This document shows positions 29,976 to 38,866 of a DNA stretch of 64,000 nt, in pieces. The DNA comes from Deferribacterales bacterium (GTDB taxonomy: Bacteria; Chrysiogenota; Deferribacteres; Deferribacterales; Geovibrionaceae). The number at the start of each line of letters is the position of its first letter. The first letter of the stretch is position 1. The translations under genes and the position numbers were made by a program. The notes beneath the pieces were generated by a model that was not told where the DNA came from, made no database searches, and saw nothing but the letters and a program-made list of their open reading frames with translations. The stretch spans positions 32,001-96,000 of the forward strand of contig JBFWJS010000002.1 in assembly GCA_050253075.1 (NCBI GenBank), in the 5' to 3' direction.

Positions 29976-30051
29976 TGGCAGGGGTAGCAGGACTCGAACC
30001 TGCAGTACACTGGACCAAAACCAGCTGCCTTGCCAATTTGGCTATACCCCT
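29976..30051 (-). tRNA. tRNA-Gln (anticodon TTG), CCA encoded
   Basis: AGGGGTA-TAGCCAAATTGGCAAGGCA-GCTGG-TT-TTG-GT-CCAGT-GTACT-GCAGG-TTCGAGT-CCTGC-TACCCCT-GCCA. Confidence 0.96.
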
Positions 30052-30066
30052 GCAAAACAGGTTGGA

Positions 30067-30096
30067 ATTATTAATTTTTTTCCCTGTTTTTGTCAA
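30067..30096 (-). promoter_or_regulatory. sigma70 promoter of tRNA-Gln/proB
   Basis: minus strand TTGACA-N17/18-(T)AATAAT, with AT-rich upstream tract. Confidence 0.65.
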
Positions 30097-30174
30097 GCAC
30101 TTTCATTAAAAAAATTTATAAAACAACTCTAACCCTTACGGGGCCTTAAGTCTATAAGAAATCTAAATTTAGAG

Positions 30175-30203
30175 TTGAATAGTATATTTTTATATTGTAT
30201 ATT
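30175..30203 (+). promoter_or_regulatory. sigma70-type promoter of Rrf2 gene
   Basis: TTGAAT-N17-TATATT. Confidence 0.55.
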
Positions 30204-30244
30204 TACCCTTAAATAATCTTATTAGTCTTTTACCGGAGGAACCA

Positions 30245-30649
30245 ATGAAAGTTACAAGAGCGAGTGATTATGCAATAAGAGCACTCATCCATATGGCGCA
30301 CAAGCCGGTCGGCACCACGTTTATGAGATCAGAGCTTGCATCTGAATGCGACATACCTGACAGCTTTCTTGGTAAAATACTCCAAAACCTGGCTAAATCC
30401 GAAATACTCTCCTCTGAAAGGGGCAAGAAAGGCGGCTTCAAAGTTGCCAAGCCAACAGCAGACATAACTGTTTATGACATCATATCTGCAATCGAGGGAG
30501 ACATCGCACTTAACAAGTGTATTTTCGACGAAGACTTCTGTTCACTTGTTCATTCGTGTACGGCACACAGTATGTGGGCTGACATTCAGGACAACCTTGT
30601 CGAAATGCTTAAAAGTTATACACTTGCAAAACTGACAGATAAATACTAA
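30245..30649 (+). CDS. Rrf2 family transcriptional regulator with three-Cys Fe-S motif
   Basis: DYAIRAL, FL.KILQ.L, S.RG..GGF, I.AIEG, C-x6-C-x5-C. Confidence 0.93.
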   Translation: MKVTRASDYAIRALIHMAHKPVGTTFMRSELASECDIPDSFLGKILQNLAKSEILSSERGKKGGFKVAKPTADITVYDIISAIEGDIALNKCIFDEDFCSLVHSCTAHSMWADIQDNLVEMLKSYTLAKLTDKY

Positions 30650-30665
30650 TCCCGACATCTGGTAA
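30650..30665 (+). promoter_or_regulatory. candidate NrdR box upstream of nrdJ
   Basis: tccCgAcATcTgGtaa matches the C.A.AT.T.G core; single copy. Confidence 0.4.
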
Positions 30666-30898
30666 AAACCTGTACAGAACAGGTATTTTAGCGTTCATCG
30701 AAACATGACTAAATTTTAACCTGTCGGAATTTTAGAATACTTGTTCTATTTTATGCGGGCATTTTATAGCAAATCTACCAACAGTTTACGAGTTTATCAA
30801 TAACTTACAGATTTTGCAATTTTGTAAATAAACGACTTTACAAAGGTCTGATGACCAGATAACATTACACATTAATTTTTTTCAATCTCGGAGGAATT

Positions 30899-33193
30899 AT
30901 GAGTAGTAAAGAGATGGAAAAGGCTCTTTCCCTTCAGCCGGAACTGAACCAAAACGCTATAACGGTTCTGGAGAAAAGGTACCTTAAGCGTGACGTAAGC
31001 GGCAAACCTACAGAAAAACCCATCGACATGTTCAGAAGAGTGGCGATGAACATAGCCGAAGCAGATAAATTATACGATAAAAACGCTGACATATTAGCCA
31101 CAGCAAAAGAATTCTACGAGCAGATGGCTACTCTGAAGTTCCTTCCTAACTCTCCCACACTTATGAACGCAGGCCGTGAGCTCCAGCAGCTCTCTGCATG
31201 TTTCGTTCTGCCTGTGGAAGACTCTCTGGAAGGCATCTTCGAAGCAGTCAAAAACACTGCTCTCATACATAAATCAGGCGGCGGTACAGGATTCTCCTTT
31301 TCACGTCTGAGACCAAAGGATGATGTTGTAAAAACAACAAGAGGCGTTTCCAGCGGACCTGTCTCTTTCATGACAGTATTTGACGCTGCCACAGAAACGA
31401 TCAAACAGGGCGGAACACGCCGCGGTGCAAACATGGGTATTCTCCGTGTGGACCATCCGGATATCATGGACTTCATCTACGCCAAAGAGGACAAAACAAA
31501 GCTCACAAACTTTAACCTCTCCGTAGGTATCACAGAAGAGTTCATGAAGGCTGTTACAGATGAAAAGGACTATGACCTTATCAACCCTAAAACAGGCGAA
31601 AAAGCAGGATCTCTGAATGCTAAAGAAGTATTCGACAAGATGGTTCAGCTCGCTTGGGAAGGCGGTGACCCCGGTATCGTATTCCTCGACAGGATCAACG
31701 CAGCGAACCCTACTCCGAAAGAAGGCGAGATCGAAAGTACTAACCCATGCGGCGAGCAGCCTCTCCTTCCATACGAATCATGCAACCTCGGTTCTATCAA
31801 CCTCGGTAAATATGTAAAAGACGGAAAGATAGACTGGGACGACCTTGAAAAAACTATAAACACAGCCGTTCATTTCCTCGATAACGTTATCGACATGAAC
31901 AAATACCCAATACAGCAGATAAACGACCAGACAAAGCGCAACAGGAAGATCGGTCTCGGCCTCATGGGCTGGGCTGACATGCTCGCTATGCTCTGCATCC
32001 CTTACAACTCTGACGAGGCTACAGCCCTCGCTGAGGACGTGATGAAGTTTATCCGTGACAAAGGACGTGAGAAATCGGCAGCACTGGCTGTTGTACGCGG
32101 CGACTTCCCGAGCTTTAAGGACAGCATATACCCTAAAATGGGCTTCAAAAATATGCGTAACGCCACCATCACAACAGTTGCACCGACAGGAACAATATCT
32201 ATCATAGGAGCATGTTCCAGCGGTATCGAGCCGTATTTCGCCATCGCATTCTACAGACAGGTAATGGACAATAACAAACTTGTGGAAGTAAGCCCTGTTT
32301 TCAAAGCTATCGCAGAGAAAGAAGGCTTCCTTTCAGAAGAGCTTCTCAGCACTGTGGCAGACACAGGAAACGTGCATAACCTTGACTCTGTGCCTGAGCA
32401 GTGGCAGAAAGCGTTCGTTACATCTCACGAGATCACACCTGTATGGCACACACGCATGCAGGCAGCTTTCCAGAAATATACCGACAACGCAGTCAGCAAG
32501 ACTGTTAACTTCCCTAACGAGGCTACAGTAGAGGATGTGCGCAAAACTTATCTCCTCAGCTACAACCTCGCATGTAAGGGAACTACGATCTATCGTGACG
32601 GCAGCCGTGACGGTCAGGTTCTCAATGTCGGTACAAAAGAGAAAGAGGCGAAAGGAGCAGAATCAGCAGCACCTATCGAAAACACTCCGAGACCAAGACC
32701 AAAGGTTCTCATCGGACGTACGGTTGAGATGATGACAGGATGCGGAAAGCTCTATGTCACTATCAACCAGGACGAAAACGGAGTACCTTTCGAAGTGTTC
32801 ACCAGCATGGGTAAAGCGGGCGGATGTGCTCAGTCTCAGTGTGAGGCTATCGGACGTCTTATCTCCATCGACCTCAGAAGCGGCGGAAACCTTGAGCGTA
32901 TCATAAAACAGCTCAAAGGCATCAGCTGTCACATGAGATACGGATTCGGACCAAACACCGTACTCAGCTGTTCCGATGCGGTGGGTAAAGCTCTCGAGCA
33001 GGCAACCACAAGCATGACAGAGATAAAAGTCAGCAAAACAGACGACAGTGTTACAGTGGATAAGCTCCTCTCCGACTACGACAGCGACCACACAGTTGTG
33101 AAAAACGGTGCGTGTCCTGACTGTGGCGGACAGGTAGAGCATGTTGAGGGTTGCGATATTTGCTACTCTTGTGGATACTCACACTGCTCATAA
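30899..33193 (+). CDS. nrdJ: class II (adenosylcobalamin-dependent) ribonucleotide reductase
   Basis: FLPNSPTLMNAG, LSACFV, QGGTRRGANM, TNPCGEQPL, APTGTIS, YRDGSR; C-terminal TGCG (TSCPD-type) domain and Zn ribbon; no beta subunit nearby. Confidence 0.95.
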   Translation: MSSKEMEKALSLQPELNQNAITVLEKRYLKRDVSGKPTEKPIDMFRRVAMNIAEADKLYDKNADILATAKEFYEQMATLKFLPNSPTLMNAGRELQQLSACFVLPVEDSLEGIFEAVKNTALIHKSGGGTGFSFSRLRPKDDVVKTTRGVSSGPVSFMTVFDAATETIKQGGTRRGANMGILRVDHPDIMDFIYAKEDKTKLTNFNLSVGITEEFMKAVTDEKDYDLINPKTGEKAGSLNAKEVFDKMVQLAWEGGDPGIVFLDRINAANPTPKEGEIESTNPCGEQPLLPYESCNLGSINLGKYVKDGKIDWDDLEKTINTAVHFLDNVIDMNKYPIQQINDQTKRNRKIGLGLMGWADMLAMLCIPYNSDEATALAEDVMKFIRDKGREKSAALAVVRGDFPSFKDSIYPKMGFKNMRNATITTVAPTGTISIIGACSSGIEPYFAIAFYRQVMDNNKLVEVSPVFKAIAEKEGFLSEELLSTVADTGNVHNLDSVPEQWQKAFVTSHEITPVWHTRMQAAFQKYTDNAVSKTVNFPNEATVEDVRKTYLLSYNLACKGTTIYRDGSRDGQVLNVGTKEKEAKGAESAAPIENTPRPRPKVLIGRTVEMMTGCGKLYVTINQDENGVPFEVFTSMGKAGGCAQSQCEAIGRLISIDLRSGGNLERIIKQLKGISCHMRYGFGPNTVLSCSDAVGKALEQATTSMTEIKVSKTDDSVTVDKLLSDYDSDHTVVKNGACPDCGGQVEHVEGCDICYSCGYSHCS

Positions 33194-33203
33194 GGTGTTT
33201 ATC

Positions 33204-33392
33204 ATGCAGGAACAAAACTATTTCCTGCAGTTTAAAGATTTTATACTGCAGTTTGGTTCAAAAGGTGAAATAAGCAATAATAACCTTATAGCTCACCTTG
33301 CATCATGCATAACTATATCTGTAATTGCCATTGTACTTCTGGTAGTTATTGGAATAATAGTATATGTATATGGTATAAAGAATACCAACTAG
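33204..33392 (+). CDS. small hypothetical membrane protein (62 aa)
   Basis: AAGGTG RBS overlapping nrdJ stop; C-terminal hydrophobic helix ITISVIAIVLLVVIGIIVYVYG. Confidence 0.5.
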   Translation: MQEQNYFLQFKDFILQFGSKGEISNNNLIAHLASCITISVIAIVLLVVIGIIVYVYGIKNTN

Positions 33393-33461
33393 CAATTTCA
33401 GTCCTAAATCAATACTACCAGTTATGGTAGTAACTTAGGAATTTCTACAGGGTATATAGTC

Positions 33462-33491
33462 AAAAGGGGTAAAAATTTTTACCCCTTTTTT
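33462..33491. terminator. perfect 28-bp palindrome, probable terminator
   Basis: AAAAGGGGTAAAAA-TTTTTACCCCTTTT plus TT. Confidence 0.65.
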
Positions 33492-33560
33492 CATATAAAC
33501 CACTAAACATTAACACATTATCTCCGATATCCTAGTATATATAAAAGAAAGGGGTGCTGT

Positions 33561-33824
33561 ATGAAGCCATCGATGGAGTTCATGAGCAATGTATGCTCCG
33601 TTCTAGGACACATCAACGAGAACATAGAAGAGAAGAAGGTCGCACTTCTGCTCGAGAAAAAAGTCGGTAAAGAGAATGAAACATATAATCTTCTGCTTAA
33701 AGGAGAGAAAGAATCTGACGTGTTCATGCTCGCCAGCGAGCTGACAGACGAACAGCTTAAATGGTATGTATTCGGGCTCGGAGACGGTATGGGGCTGAAG
33801 CCGGAGAAGCTAGAGATCGCATAG
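33561..33824 (+). CDS. hypothetical protein (87 aa)
   Basis: AAGGGG RBS, protein-like composition; 3' end overlaps convergent GT4 gene. Confidence 0.7.
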   Translation: MKPSMEFMSNVCSVLGHINENIEEKKVALLLEKKVGKENETYNLLLKGEKESDVFMLASELTDEQLKWYVFGLGDGMGLKPEKLEIA

Positions 33825-34916
33825 CTCTCTGTATATCGCCTTGAAGTTTTCTATATAGCTTTCCACCGAAAAGCCGTCGCTTATCCTGACAGCCTCTTTA
33901 GACATTTCAGAGGCTAGATTCTCATCGCTTAATATTCTGCATATATTTTCTGCTATTACGTTTTCATCATTTTCGCAATAGATAGTACAGCTTTCCGCAA
34001 AGGATTTCGTAGGGATGCTGTCCGACAAAACACCGGGCAGTCCGCACGCCATAGCCTCGAGGTGGGCATTGCCGAAACCTTCGTTGCTTGAAGGCATAAC
34101 GTATATATCAGACATCTTTAAAAGCGAGAACACATCCGTGCGGTACCCTGCGAGGGTGACGTTTCCCTCCAGCCCTAGCTCTTTAACCTGCTGTTTCAGC
34201 TTATTCATCATCCCGCCGTCACCCACAGCCAGAAAATGCGCATCAGGAACCTTTTTAAGCACGTGAGGCATGGCTGATATGATCAGATCGATATTCTTTA
34301 CAGAGACCAGTCTCCCCACGGAGATTATCACTTTCTTCCCCTGTAAACCGAATGATGCTTTATCGGCGGGAGCAGCGTTCGCCACCTTTTTCAGGTCTAT
34401 GAAGTTATGCATGACAAGGCTTGGTCTGCCTGTTTTGTTATAGTTCTTATCCACCAGCTCTTTCACCACGGATGAGACAGACACGTACATGTCGGTCCAT
34501 CTGTCGAGTATGATGTTGCTGTATCTGCGGAAAAAGTCTTTGTGAAGGCTGGCATTGCGGATGTGGGTGAGCACTTTAACATCCAGTCCAATGCAGGCGA
34601 TCCTGCCGAAATAGTCGGCTTTATATTGTGTGGTGTGCACCACGTCAGGCTTCATCTCTTTTATTATCTCACGGAGCTTTCTGACGGTGCCGAAGTTGAA
34701 TTTTTTAAGAACGTCTTCATCATTCCCGCATGTGAGGATATCAAATCCCTCTCTGAGCATATCTTCGTATATGCGCCCGGTGCCGGAAATGTTTATGATG
34801 CGGAAATCTATCTCTTTATCGTTTCGGAGCTGATGAGCCACTTCGTATAATATCTTTTCTATACCGCCGAAATCTATCCCGGCCATGACATATGCGACAG
34901 TCAGCCTATCCTTCAC
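33810..34916 (-). CDS. GT4 family glycosyltransferase
   Basis: GGIE, VGRL...KN, GYRTDV, EGFGNAHLEAMACGLP. Confidence 0.92.
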   Translation of the reverse strand: MKDRLTVAYVMAGIDFGGIEKILYEVAHQLRNDKEIDFRIINISGTGRIYEDMLREGFDILTCGNDEDVLKKFNFGTVRKLREIIKEMKPDVVHTTQYKADYFGRIACIGLDVKVLTHIRNASLHKDFFRRYSNIILDRWTDMYVSVSSVVKELVDKNYNKTGRPSLVMHNFIDLKKVANAAPADKASFGLQGKKVIISVGRLVSVKNIDLIISAMPHVLKKVPDAHFLAVGDGGMMNKLKQQVKELGLEGNVTLAGYRTDVFSLLKMSDIYVMPSSNEGFGNAHLEAMACGLPGVLSDSIPTKSFAESCTIYCENDENVIAENICRILSDENLASEMSKEAVRISDGFSVESYIENFKAIYRELCDL

Positions 34917-36018
34917 CTGCTACCTCCGAGATGACGTCCAGATATCTGCCGTACATCTCTTCCTCTGACATTACGTGTCTGGAATAGTCCTTTCTACCCA
35001 GCAGTGCGCATTTTCTGATGGCGTCTGCCACGGTCTCTTTATCCAGCGATTCGACGACATATCCGTTCTCGCCGTCTTTGACTATCTCAGAGCTCCCCGC
35101 CATAGCAGAGACGACAACAGGTGTCCCGCACATAAGGCTCTCCGGTATCACATTGCCGAAAGAGTCATAAAGCGAAGGCATGCAGATAACATCACAGGAG
35201 GCATAGAACCCCTGCATATTATCCACTCCGCCGATGAATGTTATCCTGTCTGAAAGACCGAGGTCCTTTATGTGTGACTTATATCCCTCGGAACTGCGGT
35301 CACCTGCGACCAAAAGGCTGAATTCGCCCCCCAGAAGCCCCATAGCCCCGATGAGGTGGTCGAGCCCTTTGCGCTGAAAATTATTCGCCGCAAAGCCTAT
35401 TATGCGCTTCTCATCGCTGATGCTGTATAGGGTGCGGAAAGGTCTGTCGCTGACAAAGCTGTATCTGAGCTTGTCCACGCCGTTCGGGATGACCTGTATG
35501 ATGGACTCAGCCTCGGGGAAAGCGGAAAGCACCTCCCTTTTCAGAAACTGAGAGTTGAGTATCACCCTTTTCAGATCAGGGTGTTTATATGTCTTTTCCT
35601 CCATAGCTATCAGGTGCTTATTAACAGGGTTAATGGCTCTTGCTATGGATTTTTTAAATGCTTTATTCTTCGGCAGCAGCTCCAGTGTTTTTGTAACGTA
35701 TGAGCTGTGCAGACCGGAGCCGTTGCGGTATATATGGCAGCCGGGGATGCGGTCAAATGAGAAATGGATGCCGTCCAGCCCTTTTATGAGCTTTTGCGCC
35801 CGTTTGTGAAAGCTGGTGTATTTGAGGTATCGGCTAGGTTTCAGGAGGCCTGTCTCCGTGATGATATCTTTCATCTTATCATCGTGCAGTCTGTTCTCTC
35901 CGCATATCACACGGACATCGACACCCTGCTCTAAGAGATAAGAGACAAAGTTAAAGCAGACACGCTCTCCGCCGCCTTTATCATGAAAATATTTGACGAA
36001 AATATTCACTTTTTTCAT
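34906..36018 (-). CDS. GT4 family glycosyltransferase (WaaG-like LPS core)
   Basis: GGGER, IPNGVD, F.RKGL, PSLYDSFGNV..ESLMCGTPVV. Confidence 0.9.
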   Translation of the reverse strand: MKKVNIFVKYFHDKGGGERVCFNFVSYLLEQGVDVRVICGENRLHDDKMKDIITETGLLKPSRYLKYTSFHKRAQKLIKGLDGIHFSFDRIPGCHIYRNGSGLHSSYVTKTLELLPKNKAFKKSIARAINPVNKHLIAMEEKTYKHPDLKRVILNSQFLKREVLSAFPEAESIIQVIPNGVDKLRYSFVSDRPFRTLYSISDEKRIIGFAANNFQRKGLDHLIGAMGLLGGEFSLLVAGDRSSEGYKSHIKDLGLSDRITFIGGVDNMQGFYASCDVICMPSLYDSFGNVIPESLMCGTPVVVSAMAGSSEIVKDGENGYVVESLDKETVADAIRKCALLGRKDYSRHVMSEEEMYGRYLDVISEVAGEG

Positions 36019-36063
36019 GAATCGACTTTATCATTTCAGGTTAGTCATGTATATATTAATCTT

Positions 36064-37089
36064 ATGAAAAAGTGGCTGGTAATTCAATTTAAACAGATAG
36101 GCGATGTGATACTCACAACCCATCTGCCGAGAGAAATAAAGAGGCTTTATCCTGATGCGGAGGTTGATTTTCTCACTTTCGACATAAACAGGTCTCTCCT
36201 TATAAATAATCCAAATATCAAAAGAGTTTACACCGTATCGCCCAAAAACGGTATATTCTCCACTCTGAAATCTGTGCTGATCATAAGGAAAAACAGATAC
36301 GACGTGATACTCGACACGCAGAACACGCCGAGGTCTATGTATTACATCCTCTTCGGCGGAGCGAAAGTTACTGTCGGATTTGAAAAATCCAAGAGGAAAA
36401 AAGCATACGCCGAGCTCGTTAAAGCTGAAGGCAGCTATGCAGGGATAAGAAAGCTGAACATGCTGAAACCCTTCGATGCGGATTTCTCTTATGACAAATA
36501 CGACTGCCGTGCGGAAGTTTTCTTCACACCGCAGGATATTACATCAGCTTTTCTAAAGGTCACAGGCATAGGGATAGATATGGAACAGCCGTATATCACA
36601 ATGTCGCCGACGCATAAGAAAAACACCAGAAGATGGAAGATGCGCCATTTCCTCGATACGGCAAACTGGCTGGCAGAGGAAAAAGGCTTTCAGGTTCTGC
36701 TGACATACGGTCCGGGTGAAAAAGATTATATAACAGAGGGTATGAAAGAATACTCAGGCTATATAAACCAAAAGATAATCATAGCGCCTTCGCTGACCAT
36801 GCCGGAGTTCGCTGCCATCCTCTCACAGGCGAAGATGCACATAGGGAACGACTCTGCACCGCACCATCTGGCGGTTTCGCAGAAGACGCCTACTTTCGTC
36901 ATGATAGGTTCGTCGCCGAAGAGCTGGGTTCATCCTGATGAAATGCATACATACAGAAATCTCGGCATGGAGTGTCAGCCGTGCGGAAAGGACACATGCG
37001 CAATATCAGATGATATCCCGTGTCTGAACGATCTCACTTTTGAGATGATAAAGCCCGATCTGGAAGATTTTATTCAAAAGAACGTATGA
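36064..37089 (+). CDS. GT9 family LPS heptosyltransferase-like protein
   Basis: IGDVILT, RRW....F, GPGE, IGNDSAP.HLA, C.PC; start reset to ATG 36064. Confidence 0.92.
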   Translation: MKKWLVIQFKQIGDVILTTHLPREIKRLYPDAEVDFLTFDINRSLLINNPNIKRVYTVSPKNGIFSTLKSVLIIRKNRYDVILDTQNTPRSMYYILFGGAKVTVGFEKSKRKKAYAELVKAEGSYAGIRKLNMLKPFDADFSYDKYDCRAEVFFTPQDITSAFLKVTGIGIDMEQPYITMSPTHKKNTRRWKMRHFLDTANWLAEEKGFQVLLTYGPGEKDYITEGMKEYSGYINQKIIIAPSLTMPEFAAILSQAKMHIGNDSAPHHLAVSQKTPTFVMIGSSPKSWVHPDEMHTYRNLGMECQPCGKDTCAISDDIPCLNDLTFEMIKPDLEDFIQKNV

Positions 37090-37113
37090 ACAGCCGTCAG
37101 AATTATCTGACCC

Positions 37114-38265
37114 CTATCTCACCATTGTGATTCTGTCACCGCATTTATAAGCATATCCATTATCGATCTTATATTCACATGATGCAGAAGCCGCTCTGAA
37201 TGCTGCCATTTCAGCCTCAGGGAGCTTTTTATCGGGAGCTTTGAACCTCAGCGGATTGAGCCATGTGCCGTTCTTTCTTATGCGGTAGTCGAGGTGCGGC
37301 CCTGTGGCTCTGCCCGTAGCACCGACATAGCCTATCAGGTCGCCCTGTCTGACATATGAGCCGTTCTTAACATTTTTGCGGAATTTAGAAAGGTGCAGAT
37401 ACATTGTCTCGTATCCGTTCATATGTTTTATCTTGATGTAGTTTCCGTTGTACTGTTTATATGACCTGGCGGTGACATATCCGTCCGCAGTGGCATATAC
37501 GGGAGTGCCCGTAGGGGCGGCATAGTCCACGGCATAGTGGGGCTGACGCTCGCCTGTCACAGGGTGCAGTCTGTTGCCTGTGTAGCCAGAAGAGATACGT
37601 GAATATCTGAGAGGAGCTTTCAGGAAGCCTTTTTTAAGGGATGTTCCGTCAGGCTTGAAGTAACCTTTTGTCTTTTCTCCCTCATACCAGAGAGCTCTGA
37701 TAAAGCGGTCCTGATTTATAAAATCTGCGGCAAGTATCTTGCCGTAGCCGATGAACTTGTCTCTGGCGAACTGCTTCTCCACCAGTATTCTGAAGCTGTC
37801 GCCCTTTCTCAGTGCGTGGAAGAAGTCTATCTCCCATTCATATATAGATGCCAGCATGAAAGCCAGCTCGGCATTCTCGCCCTTGTCTGTCACGGCCTGA
37901 ATGAGGTTGCTATTTATCTCGCCCTCTACGACGGCTGTAACAGTGTGGATAGGATACTTGACCACATCCAGCTCGAAGTCCCCCTCGACCCTGTGTATGG
38001 CGATGTCTGTCAGCTGATTAGGAACCAGCGTGATAGAGTTTTCGGATTCTTTTATGAGGGTGCCTTTTTTGAGGGTAAAATTCGGAATGAGCCTCTTCAG
38101 CTCTTTATTTATATTGATGATCTCCTGCGGGGTGAATTTATCGGAAAGGAGAGAATAAAGAGTGTCCCCCCACTTCACCTTATAGGATATAACATTCGCA
38201 TATGATGTGATAGAAAACGATAAGATAGTGACAATTATAAATAATATTTTAAGCTGCGGCCTCAT
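37114..38265 (-). CDS. M23 peptidoglycan DD-endopeptidase (MepM-like)
   Basis: RISS, HPV, H.AVDYAAPTGTPV, YLHLS, ATGPHLDY; start reset to ATG 38265. Confidence 0.92.
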   Translation of the reverse strand: MRPQLKILFIIVTILSFSITSYANVISYKVKWGDTLYSLLSDKFTPQEIININKELKRLIPNFTLKKGTLIKESENSITLVPNQLTDIAIHRVEGDFELDVVKYPIHTVTAVVEGEINSNLIQAVTDKGENAELAFMLASIYEWEIDFFHALRKGDSFRILVEKQFARDKFIGYGKILAADFINQDRFIRALWYEGEKTKGYFKPDGTSLKKGFLKAPLRYSRISSGYTGNRLHPVTGERQPHYAVDYAAPTGTPVYATADGYVTARSYKQYNGNYIKIKHMNGYETMYLHLSKFRKNVKNGSYVRQGDLIGYVGATGRATGPHLDYRIRKNGTWLNPLRFKAPDKKLPEAEMAAFRAASASCEYKIDNGYAYKCGDRITMVR

Positions 38266-38866
38266 TCCCTCTCCTCTTTCTCTGCCAGTAAATATAAACC
38301 GCAACAATAGCGGTCAACAGACACAGTGTTATTATAGTAATCGGCCGCAAATTCGATTTGATTAGTTCAATATTATTACCAACCACATAGCCGAGCACAG
38401 CCAAGACAACGACCCATATCCCCGCACCGAGCGATGTGAAGAAGCAGAATCTGGGCACGTTCATCCTCCCAAGCCCCGCAGGGAAGGAGATGTACTGCCT
38501 TATCCCAGGGATAAGACGCCCGACAAATGTCGTGATCTCGCCGTGTTTTTTAAAGTAAGTGTCTATCTTTACCAGCCTTTCCGGAGTGAAAAAGAAGTAT
38601 CTGCCGTATGTCGCGAGGAACGACCTTCCGAGGAAGACCGCGATGTAGTAATTAACCAGAGCCCCTATGAGAGAGCCCAGAAGTCCGCTTAATACCACGA
38701 GATAAATGTTCATCTCCCCCTGTGCGGCGAGGTATCCCGCAGGCGGGACGACAACTTCGCTGGGAAAAGGTATGAAAGAGCTCTCCAGAGCCATGAGGAA
38801 AACTATCCCCGTATAGCCCATATCAGAGACAGCCCCGAGAACAAAATCAACGAATGTATGAAGCAT
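38249..38866 (-). CDS. DedA family membrane protein
   Basis: LESSFIPFPSE, F.GRLIPGIRQYISFPAG. Confidence 0.93.
   Translation of the reverse strand: MLHTFVDFVLGAVSDMGYTGIVFLMALESSFIPFPSEVVVPPAGYLAAQGEMNIYLVVLSGLLGSLIGALVNYYIAVFLGRSFLATYGRYFFFTPERLVKIDTYFKKHGEITTFVGRLIPGIRQYISFPAGLGRMNVPRFCFFTSLGAGIWVVVLAVLGYVVGNNIELIKSNLRPITIITLCLLTAIVAVYIYWQRKRRGNEAAA

Noticed and set aside
29926..30096. 57-aa N-terminal extension of ProB in the ORF track
   Set aside because: It runs through the tRNA-Gln gene and begins at the TTG of its -35 box; kinase similarity starts at ATG 29925
30206..30235. Possible Rrf2 autoregulatory operator AAATAATCTTATTAGTCTTTT
   Set aside because: Symmetry too weak to separate from AT-rich background without a PWM
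30650..30898. Cobalamin riboswitch expected upstream of nrdJ or the cbiE-like gene
   Set aside because: No GGGAA...GCCACTG B12-box elements; the regions are AT-rich and promoter-like
30899..33193. Intein or intron in nrdJ, or selenocysteine/frameshift recoding elsewhere in the window
   Set aside because: NrdJ motifs are contiguous with normal length, and the TGA-terminated genes I checked end at expected positions
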